From contig JACMQU010000117.1 of assembly GCA_014376805.1 (NCBI GenBank), positions 11,940-75,939 on the forward strand: a DNA stretch of 64,000 nucleotides, written 5' to 3'. Below the pieces are notes generated by a model. The model made no database searches. It was not told where the DNA came from and worked only from the letters and a program-made list of their open reading frames with translations. Position 1 is the stretch's first letter. Every line of letters starts with the position of its first letter. Shown here one piece after another: positions 40,754 to 52,700 of this stretch. The DNA is from Bacteroidia bacterium. Its GTDB lineage: Bacteria; Bacteroidota; Bacteroidia; UKL13-3. The translations under genes were made by a program, and so were the position numbers.

Positions 40754-43700
40754 ATGAATACAAAACATTTACATTTAAGTACTAAAGGTAGCACAGTAAA
40801 AAATTTATTTAAAACAACTGATAAACGGGAATTAAAGTTAAAGTTTAACATATCTGCGAAAGGCTTACTCCTTTTTTGTTTTTATATGTTAAGTCTGTCT
40901 ATTTATATAGAAGTTCATGCACAATGTTATACATCTACATCCTATTGTGTTCCGGTTGTTACCAATATAAACAATTATAATATAGGCATACAAAATGTTA
41001 CATTAGGAAGTACTATTAATAATAGTTCGGTAGCTACCGGCAATTCACCATACTATTTTGATTATACAACCCAGTCTGTTACCAGTGCAGCAGCGGCCAC
41101 TATATCAGGCTCTGTAACCAACGGAAGTAGTAATTCAACGGGAGCAAGAATTTTTATAGATTATAACCAGGATGGAATCTATAGTACTTCAGCACCTGAA
41201 TTAGTATGGACATCACCTACAACAACTCCAAATGCAATTGTTGCGCTTTCATTTACTATTCCTGTTTCACAACCTGTAGGCGTTTACAGAATGCGGATCA
41301 CGGGAGATTTGGGTGGACAGGCAGCTAATCCGTGCACACTAGGTTATGGAGAAATAGAAGATTATACTTTACTGATCCCGTCAGGAAGTGTTGATGTGAT
41401 AAATGGAGGATATACATCCCCGAATTATTTTGTCAATGGTAATAATACTATTGGGTTCAGCTTCAAAAATATTTCAGGCACCACAATCACATCAGCCACT
41501 ATCGGTTATCAGTTAGGTTCAAATATTCCTATAACACAAATTTTAACTGGCTTAACAATTGGGGCAGGCGCATCATTTACAGCCAGTTTTACAACACCAT
41601 TAAATATTTCGGCTACCGGATCTTACAACTTAAAAACATGGGTAAGCAATCCAAACTCTGCAACCAATATTACGCCAGGTAATGATACCATTTGTCGTAC
41701 GTTTGTTACATATTGTTCAGCGGCTTTAAGCGGAACATATACAATTAATCCTGCGGGGAGTGGAACTACGAATTTTACCCGGTTTGGTGCAGCAGATTCT
41801 GCCTTATTGTCTTGTGGAGTTTTGGGGCCGGTTACTTTTAATGTGGCAGCAGGAACTTATAATGAACAAATTCTGTTTGGCACTGTGCCCGGAGTTTCAG
41901 CAGTTAATACGATAACATTTGATGGTGGAACAGGCGGAGCAAGTACACACATCATCAGTTATAATTTTCCGGGAACTCCAATAAATTATGGTGTTATTCA
42001 TTTAAACGGATCAGACTATTTCATATTTAAAAATCTTACCTTTCAATCAACCAGCACTAATTATGGTTATGGGGTTTTGCTGAGTAATGCAGCAGATAAT
42101 AATATCATTGACAATTGCACTATTGACTTAGGAACGATAACGAATGGATCTGCTTCTAATTCAGCAGGTATTAATTTCAGTAGCTCTTTTACCGGTACTT
42201 CCAGTTCAGCCAACCATGGTAACAATAATATTATCCGCAACTGTCAGATTATCGGAAGTGCATCGGGCGGGCCATACAGAGGAATTAATTTATACAGTAA
42301 TTCATCTGCCACAGGATCAAATGTAAACAATCAATTTATTAATAATAACATTACCAATTTTTTTGAGTCGGGTATCTATATGTATTATTATCTGGATGGC
42401 ACAGTGATTCGGGGTAACAATATTTCAAGGCCTGACAGAACCTCTTCCGGAACAGTATATGGAATAAATGCAAGCTTTTATTTTACTAATACAATTATAG
42501 AAGGAAATAAGATCTTTAATCCGTTTGGAGGAGCACTGACATCCGGTAACGGATTTTATGGAATAGCGGTTCAGTATGGTTATATATCAGGTGGAACGAA
42601 TGTTATTAGGAATAATGCCATTTTTAATATTAATGGCAATGGCACAGATTATGGTATTTATGATTATTATAATTATGCCGGAATGAGTATTTATAACAAT
42701 ACCATTTCGCTTGATTATGCCACCCCTAAAACAAATGCCAATCCCGACTATGGAATTTATCTTTATTATGGCAGCAACGGCTCCAGAGATTTACGTAACA
42801 ATATTGTTACTATGCGCAGAGGAGGAACAGCTAATGCATCCAGATTTGGTCTTTATCTTTCTGATTATTATTCAGGACTTGTATCCAACTATAATCTATA
42901 CCTGGTTAACGCACCTTTGGCGGGTAATATACCCTTTTACCAGGCAGGGATTAACTATCAGAGTCTGGCTGCATGGAAGGCTTCAAACAGTAATCAGTTT
43001 GATCAGAATAGCGTAAGTTTTGACCCAATCTATAACAATATTGTAAGCAATGTAACACCTACATCATGCGGTGTGAATAATTTGGGTACGCCATTAACAG
43101 GAGTAACAACTGATATCAGCGGTACAGCAAGAGGCAGCATACCAGATTTGGGTGCATATGAATTTACAACAGCCACCGGATTAAACAACGGCTCACTTAT
43201 TGGCCTTGATGCGGCAACGAGTTTGTTATGTGCGGGAGGTGTAAATGCCATAGTTACCTTAAAGAATGAAGGAACGGGAAACATCACTTCTGCCAAGTTA
43301 GACTGGACTGTTAATTCGGTTGCACAAACGCAATATGTTTGGAGTGGAAATCTTGCTCCTGGTGCTTCCATAAATGTGAATATCGGGATTGCAACATTTA
43401 CTGCAAATTCAGTAAATACGCTAAATGTATATATTACACAAACTAACGGTTCACCCGATGCCTGTTTTCTAAATGATACTGCTAAGTTATCCGGCACTTC
43501 CAGTATGAGTGGCAATTATACAATAGATGCTGCAGGTTCGGGGCTTACGAATTTCACCTCCTTTACGGCTGCGGTTACCGCACTTATTACAAGAGGTGTT
43601 TGTGGACCTGTAACCATGAATGCAGTTGCAGGAACTTATAATCAGCAAATCAATATAACAAGTATAGCAGGTTCTTCTGCCCTTAATACGATTACTTTTA

Positions 43701-46700
43701 CGGGGGCCGGATCAGCTACAGTTTTAACATACTCGGCAACAACTTTCGGTTCACCACATACGATTAGATTTGACAATGCGCAATGGATAAGGTTTAAAAA
43801 TATATCTGTTATCGGAACAGGTGTTAATTATTCGTGGCCGGTACATATTTATAATAACAGCAGTAATATCCAAATTAGAAATTGTATTATTAGCTCCACA
43901 GCTTCATTAAATATACAAACGAATACAAACTTTTGCGGTGTAGCAATAACTAATGCTACCACGTCTTTATCGGGTTCAATGGCTTCTTTCAATATTGATA
44001 TCGATAGTAATGTTATTCAGAATAACTGGTATGGAATAAGTATGTATGGTAGTTTTACAGCAGGGATAAATCTAAACATTTATATGCGCAACAATAAGAT
44101 TGACAGTGCAGGCTTTTATGGTATAAATGCCTACTATCTTTCGAATGTTAAAATAAATAACAATGCTATTAATATGCGGATGGGTAATGGTGCATCAACT
44201 ACCTCAACGGCCATCTCCTTAAATAACTGTTTAAGTACATCATCTGATAATATTCAGGTTAACAGAAATAAGATTATTAACAGTGCACAATTTGGGATTT
44301 ATCTGAGTACTTCAGGCGGCTCTTCTACAACACAAAGATGTCAGTTAATTAACAATGCTATTGGGGGTGGATTTACAAATGCAGCTTCTACCGGTATTTA
44401 TTTTACTTCAGCTAATTATTGGGATGTATGGCATAACAGTGTAAACATTGATAATGCAGCAACAGGTATATCACAAGCAATTTATCTGGCAGGTAGCGGG
44501 TCTACTTATAATGATATCAGGAATAATAATTTTTCTATTACACATATCAATGCCTCAGGTGCGATTGCTTTCAGATCTGTTTCGGGTGCAACCACAAATG
44601 TGCTTAACTATAATAATTACTATAAGGAAGGCGCAGGTTCAGGTACTACCTTAATAGTAGTAAGCGGAAGTAATTATACTCCATTAAATTACAATACTGC
44701 CACCTCCGGTGGAACTGGTTCCTTTAACAATAATTCTAATTTTACTTTTTCAACAAATCTGTTACCTACTTTTTCAGCAGGCAAAGGCTTTCTTCTCTCA
44801 CAGGTATCAACAGATATTACAGATTTTGTTAGAAACAACCCGCCCGATCTAGGGGCATATGAATTGTCTTCCAACTCAGTTATTGATGCAGGGCTTATTA
44901 CCCTTATTTCTCCGGATACTACTTTATCATTAGGTTCTCAAAATGTATCTGTTGTAGTTCGTAATTTTGGTTCAACTACAATTACCTCATTTCGGATACG
45001 GCATACGGTAAATGGATTGAATTTACAGGATACGCTGGTAACCGGAATTTCACTTGCACAGAATAGTTCCATTACTGTTAATATGGGAATTAGTAAACAG
45101 GCTGTTTTTGCTATAGCAGCCAATACATTTAAAGTTTATTTGCATTTGCCCAATGGCAGTAATGATAACAATCAGTTAAATGATACAATTTCAATTGGTC
45201 CCCGATTCCCAGCTATGAGTGGTGTGTTTACAATCAATCCGGTTGGAAGCGGAGCAAATAACTTTATTAGTTTTACGAATGCAGTAACTGCATTAAACGG
45301 AGGAGGGGTAAGCGGACCTGTAAAATTTAATGTGAGTGCCGCAACTTATACAGAACAGATTGACATTACTGGTATATCCGGTTCATCTGCTATAAATACC
45401 GTAACCTTTGATGGTGGGGCAGGTAACGCAGCGTCACGCTTTTTACAATATACAGCTCCATTGGTTACAGATGCTCACACGGTACGATTTACAGGTAGCA
45501 GTTATGTTACGTTTAGAAATATTACCATAAAGGCATTAGGAACTTCATATGGCCTGGCGGTTCATTTTATGGGTGCAGCTTCTTTTATTAATATTCAAAA
45601 ATGCAGTTTGATTGTTGCTACGAGCACCAACCAGTCTGTAAGACCTGTACAACTGAATAACTCCAATAATTCTCTGAATGGCGGGCAATGCGGTGGAACA
45701 TCAGGGGCCGTGCACGATATCAGTATTGATTCAAACTATATATCAGGTGGCTATGAAGGGGTTTATCTTACGAGTAATTATACTGTTTTAAGTAGTACTC
45801 CATTATTTAATTTCAGGTGGAACATAATGGAGAACATGTATAATTATGCATTTAATATTGCCCAAACATCAGGTTACAATATACAAAGCAATCTGATAAA
45901 ATTGTCTGCAGGTAACTCAAACAGTTCTGGGATTTATCATTGCAATGGTGGTGGCGGAAGTCCAAAAATTTATATTGTTGGAAATACGCTGGAAAATATT
46001 GGAAATAATGGAGTGCAGTTTCTAACAGCAAATATTCCTGCAGGATCTATTATTGCCACCAATTATTTTAAACCTACTTTCAGCAGTGCTGCACCTGCCG
46101 CAATTGTTATGACTTATACTTCTGGTTTGTTAGTATATCATAATACTATACTAATGAATATAGCCGGAGGAAATGGAATAACTGTACAAGGAATTAGTGG
46201 CTATACCGGTAATGATGTAAGAAATAACCTTATTATTTTACAATCACCTGTTGCAACCGGTCTTGGTCTGTCGTTTGAAACAGGTGAACTAGCAGTGTGT
46301 AATACCAACACCATAGTTAAAAGTAATCCTGTAAGTGCCGATGTGGCGCGAATAAACGGAGTGAATTACCAAAACAGTAATTTTATTGGTGGGGGTGGGT
46401 TCAATACAAATTCTTTTACAGATAATCCAATACTTGTTTCTATAGCTGATCCAAGACCCAACAGTGTTTGTCAGAAAGGTGTTCCAATAACATTTGCGAT
46501 ACCGGGTTTCGGAAATATTTCGAGGGATATTTTAGGGATTATCAGAAATAATCCGCCACAGGTTGGCGCTGCTGAACCTGCAGGAGGCTTTTCAATTGAT
46601 GCGAATCTGGTGAGTTTTATCTCTCCTGTTTCTTATCCGGTAGTGCCAGGTGCACAGGATGTAAAAGTAGTGGTAAAGAATGCCGGTAACACCTCATTAA

Positions 46701-49700
46701 CTTCGTATTCTGTATCGGTTACTTTAGGTGCTGTTACCAGAACTATTGTAAGGTCTGCTGTAAGTTTAATTACCTGTGCAGTTGATACGGTTGTATTTAC
46801 CGGAGCAAACCAGCTTACCTTGATTAGCGGTGTTAATGTAATTACCGCTAGGGTTTCTAGTCCTAATGGAGGTACCGACTTCAATCCAGCCAACGATACC
46901 TTATCCAGAATATTTGTTACGCCACTTAATGGTACTTATACCATAAATTCCGGAGCGGCAGTAAGTGCTACTAACTTTCAGTCTGTTGTTGATTTTGCGT
47001 ATTCATTAAATAACGGAGGTATGAGTGGTGCGGTAGTAGCTAATGTTGTAACAGGTAGTGGGCCTTATACAGGGCAGGTTGAGTTTAGAAGAACAACAGG
47101 AATGAGTGTTGTTAATACAGTTACAATTAATGGGAACAATAATATTATACAAGCCAGTCCTGATGCCACCAATTGTTATATTATCTTTTTAAATGGTGCA
47201 GATTATATGCGGTTCAACAATCTTACCATACGCACATTAAATGTTTCCTATGGTATTGGTTATTTATTTCAGAACAGAGCTGATTCAAATATTATTGATA
47301 ACAATACGATAGATTTTGGAAATATACTTACAAATTCAACAGCGTTTATTGCTTTTTCAGCGTCAACAAATTCTCCAACTGGCACAGGCGGTACTTATAA
47401 CGGGATTAATAATGTAATTAAAAATTGTACGATGCTAGGAAATGGAACGGGAGGGCCAACTTATGGCATCACAGTTATGGGTGGCACTACTGATTATACA
47501 TCTACCACTTTAGCTCAGTATAATCAATTCATAAATAATGATATGAGAGACCCTTCTCAATTTGGGTTTTATATAAACTTTGGAAACCGAAACCTGATAA
47601 AAGGTAACAAAATAAGCATGCCAACACGCACAACTTTAACTTCATTTTATGGCATTTATTCTAGTACAAATTATATAGGAGATACCATTGATGGAAATCA
47701 GATTTTTGATATTTATAAATCAGTTCCAACCAATACAAGCCAGTTTTATGGTATGTATAATACAAGCGCTGCGTTTGGTAATTCTGCTTATCCTCAACTG
47801 ATCAGAAATAATATTATTTACAATATAAAAGGGCAGGGGGGACATTATGGATTCTATAACGCAAACAGTTATTATTATAATTTGTATCATAATACTGTAG
47901 TACTGGATGATCCATCAACTACAACAAATGCAAGTTATGCTTATTATTTAAGTGCCTTTTCTACTACCTATAATTCATCTGTGAAGAACAATATTTTTTA
48001 CATAAACAGGGGTGGTACCGGTGTCAAATATTGTATATATATACCATCGGCTTTTACACCTAGTGGTACATTTACAATAAACAACAATGCATTTTATGTT
48101 AATAACAATTCTGTTTCGGGATATGTAGGTTATTATGCCGCCAACTTTCCAACCCTGACCAATTGGAAAACAGCCAATAGCAGTGCTTTTGATCAGTTAA
48201 GTGTTTTTGCGAACCCTAATTTCAGAACCTACATTGCGGCTAATTATTTTCAGCCCGCCAATGACACTCTCAATAATATTGGTAGCAACCTGCAAAGTAT
48301 TGTACCTGTTGATATAACGGGATTACCACGCAGCAATACACCTGACCCCGGCATCTATGAGTTCTCATTGCCTTCGGTTGATGTAGGTCTTACCCGCATT
48401 ACTGCACCTGTAAGTCCAATCTCCGTTGGCTTTCAGAATGTAAATGTAACCGTTAAGAATTTCTCCCCTACACCTTTAACAAGCACTACTGTGGGATGGT
48501 CAGTTAATGATACAGTTCAGACACCAAATATTTGGTCGGGCTACCTGGTAAATGGCGACTCAAATTCATTTACCGTTGGTGGTAATAATTTTACGTATTC
48601 TGGCTTATACAAAATAAAAGCCTGGTCAAGTTTACCAAATAATATCATGGATAGCTTTACATATAATGATACGGTGATAGCTACTGTTTGTACACCACTT
48701 TCCGGAACGTTAACTGTTAATGCCACTTTACCTGCAACATCAACTAATTTTCAAAGTATAACTGCGTTAGCACAATTGTTGCAGTTGTGTGGTATAACAG
48801 GTGCCGTTCAGGTAAATATTGCTCCTGGTACTTACAATGGTCAGGTTACTTTCAACAATATTCCGGGATCATCGGCAACCAATACTATAACATTTGCCGG
48901 AGGAGATTCGGCAATATGTAATATCACACATAACGGTACAGTACAACGTGCAACCCTGTTACTCAACGGTGCAAAAAATCTTGTTTTCAGAAATATTACA
49001 TTTGACGCTACCGGTTCTGCCAGCGCTACGGCAGTGCAGTTAATAAATTCAGCAGATAGTAATACCTTTGTGAGATGCACATTCAGAACTCCTGTTACTA
49101 CTTCCGGCTCTGTTAATTCATTTGTTGCATCTGGATCGCTAATCACGGCTTTAGCAGCGGGTAACAGTGCAAACTATTTGCTTGTTGATAGTTGTACTTC
49201 AACAGGAGGTTATTATGGCATGGTACTATATGGAAACACTTCTCCAAAAGGAATTGCTAATATCATAAGAAATTCAACTATTACTAATTCCTATAATTAT
49301 GGTGTGTATCTGAATAATCAGAATAGTGTTCAGGTTATTAAAAATAATATCAACAATACAGGCCTTGTTCAGAACAATACGTTTCCATTTGGGCTCTCCC
49401 TATTGTTTTGCGACAATGCGAATAAGATTATTGGAAATTCTATTTCAGGGACATTGGGGGGCTATGGTATTTATCTCTCACAAACTTTAGGAACTTCAAC
49501 CATTAGAACAGTTATAGCTAATAACATGATACAGATTGGAGCGGGTGTAAATGTTACTTATGGAATATACGAAACCAGTAACGCATATACAGATATTGTA
49601 TTTAATACAGTAAAATTAAATACGGCTGAATCCGGTTATACAGGTGCGGCTCTATATACCAATGCCTCTTCACCTTCCGTATTTAACAATGTTAACATTG

Positions 49701-52700
49701 TTAACAATATTTTTCTTTCTCCGTTTGGTTCACTAGCTGTATATACCGTAACACCAGCAAATCTTGGTACCGCTTCTTATACCATAGATAACAATGTTTA
49801 TTATTCTACCGCAACTTATCCATTCAGAGGTGCCAATACAATATTTGGTTCTCTGGCAAATTACAGGGCCGCAGGTATAAATTCATTAGGAAGTTATATC
49901 CCTTCTAATAACAGCCATAGTCAGTACTTCATGCCCACTTTCTTTTCGGCAGCCAACTTAAGATCTATTTCCACTAATCTGAATGATTCGGGTGTGGCAG
50001 TAGCCTCCATCTTAACTGATATAGATGGGTCTGCGAGGAGTAGTACGCCGGATATAGGCATTCTCGAATTCTCCCAGCCTGCCAATGATGCAGGTGCAGT
50101 TGCAATTCTTACACCTGTTCAGCCTTTAATTCCTGGATTAAGTGATATTTATGTGCTTATCACCAACTTTGGCACCTCTTCGCTTACATCTGTAAATGTT
50201 ACTTACCAGATTGATACTGCTATCAGAACGCTCACCTACAGCGGAACAATTTTACCCGGCGCATCTGATACTGCCCGTTTCAATTCAATAAGCGGTTTGG
50301 GAGGTACAAGTCAGCGATACAATTTCCTGGGTGGGTTAAAAGTGATCAGAGCCTGGACTTCCATGCCAAACGCTTCAACTGATTCTATAACTATTAATGA
50401 TACTACACAAACCACTATTTGTGGCGCATTAGGTGGTGCCTATACTATTAATCCATTGGGTTCAGGCAGTACTAACTTTGTTTCTATACAGGCAGCAGTT
50501 GATAAACTAATTTGTGGCGGGGTGTATGCACCAGTAATATTTAATATTGCTTCGGGTACTTATAATGGTCAAATCACCATTCCGGTTATCACAGGAACAA
50601 ATGCTACAAATACGATTCTGTTTAAATCTGCAAATAACAATGCCACAAGTGTTATGATAACTTCAAATACTTCCGGATTAACTTCTAATTACACGTTAAA
50701 TGCAGTTGGTTTGCAGTATGTTACTTTCCGGTACTTGAGTTTCCAGAATTTGAATACAAGCTATTCACGTGTGGTTAGCATTAATAAATTTACTGCCGCC
50801 AACACTAATTCAAGTGAATTAGAGTTCAGGGATTGTATTTTTAACGGCCAGGCTATCAATAATACGGCTGATCAGTACTGTATAATTTATGGTCCAACAG
50901 GTGAGTTTGCAACCAATCTTCGTTTTATAAACAATACATTTAACAATGGTTCCTCAGCCATTGTGCTGGGCGGACAGAATATAGTAAATAATTTCACACC
51001 AGGCTTAACAGTTGATTCATGTACATTCATGAATCAATACTATGCTGCGTTGTTTTTAACCAACAGAGGAGCAAACTCCATCAGGCAGAATATAATCAAT
51101 CTATCTGCTGCTTATACAGGTGCTATAGGTATTTACCTGGCAGGCTCACAGAATGAAAGTTTTATTTTAAGGAATAACATTCAGAATCCTTCTGGAAACT
51201 TTGGTATCTATTTGGTCAACCATGCTTATTATGCAGCAACAGGAATTCTGAATATTGCACATAATGTTATCAATATGCAAAGTTCTTCAGCTACCGAATA
51301 TGGCGTTTATATTGTCAGTTCATCACAGATAAGTTGTTATAACAATACGATCAGAACGAATGCCTCATCATCTTTTGGATTTTATGTTTCAGGCAATCCT
51401 TCGTTTGTAAATGGTACCACTTTCCCTGCTACCAATAATTTGAAATTCTTCAATAACCTTATTGTTTTAACAGGAGGGGTACCCCTGTTTCTTGATTTGC
51501 TTGCCAAAGCAGGAACGAATCTGAATGATTATAATTTATACTATACCTCAGGAACCAATATGGCAACACTTGCAGGTGTAAATTATTCTACCATTCAATC
51601 TATTAGAAATGTGATTTACATGGGGAGTGATGCTAACTCATTAAACAGAAATGTGGCCTTTACCAGTGCAACTAATCTAAGGCCCGATACAACTTCTGCA
51701 AATGCATGGAATGTAAATGGAAGGGGTAATTTTAACAACAGCATTTCATACACTGCTTATGATATAACAGGAAGGTCAAAAAGTAATACGGTAGAAACAG
51801 GTGTACCCGATATTGGAGCTTATGAAATTACACCTTCATCAATGCCTTTCCCAATAACTATAACGGGCAGTATTGGTTATGGGAATACTCAATTTATAGT
51901 TGAAGATGCGGATACATTGGGTAATGTGCTTTGGGGTTTTACGGGAACGCTTCCTTCCACAGTTGCCGCAAGGTATTTCCCGGGTTCATTAATCAGTAAC
52001 CCTGCTGCATACCGGATATTGTTCCCTGCAAAATATCTTGATATGCATTATAGAATTGATGCTACAGGTGGAAGTAGTTATACTTATGATGTGAACTGGA
52101 AATATAAACCAAATATGCTGGGTACGGTAACAAGTGAGAGTGCTATTAAATTTGCAAAAAGAGATACAGGAGCAACAGGTGTCTGGAGCTATTTTTCTTT
52201 TAGTACAGTATTAGATACTTTAAATAAATATGTTGGTGCCACCAATTTAACCTCAATGTCTGATTTTACAGGTACTGATGATATCAGTCCGCTTCCTGTA
52301 ATATTAAATGGTTTTAATGCACTAAGAACTAAAGACAATGCTGAATTGTTTTGGCAAACAGCTTCTGAAATAAACAGTAATAAATTTATAATTGAACGCA
52401 GTGAAAAGATTAGTGAAGGCTTTGTTAAAATTGCCGAAATAAAGGCTGCAGGTAATAGTAAATTGATCCGAAACTATGAATATACAGATGTTAATGCCGC
52501 TAAGTTTTTCTCAGACAAAACAGTTTATTACCGGTTAAAAATTGTTGATAGGGATGGTAGTTTTGATTACTCAACGATTAAATCTGTCTTCTTTGGCGAT
52601 ACAGAAAGCGCAACTCTTCAGGTATATCCGAATCCATTTATCAGTGAACTTACTTTACAGGTGAATGTTTTAGAAAATACAAGTGCAAACATTTTGATTT

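Noticed and set aside
42144-49146. Alternative-frame and antisense ORFs inside the giant gene
   Set aside because: Expected shadows of a long biased-codon CDS. Repeats are seen only at protein level, with no evidence of DGR template/variable repeats or a reverse transcriptase.
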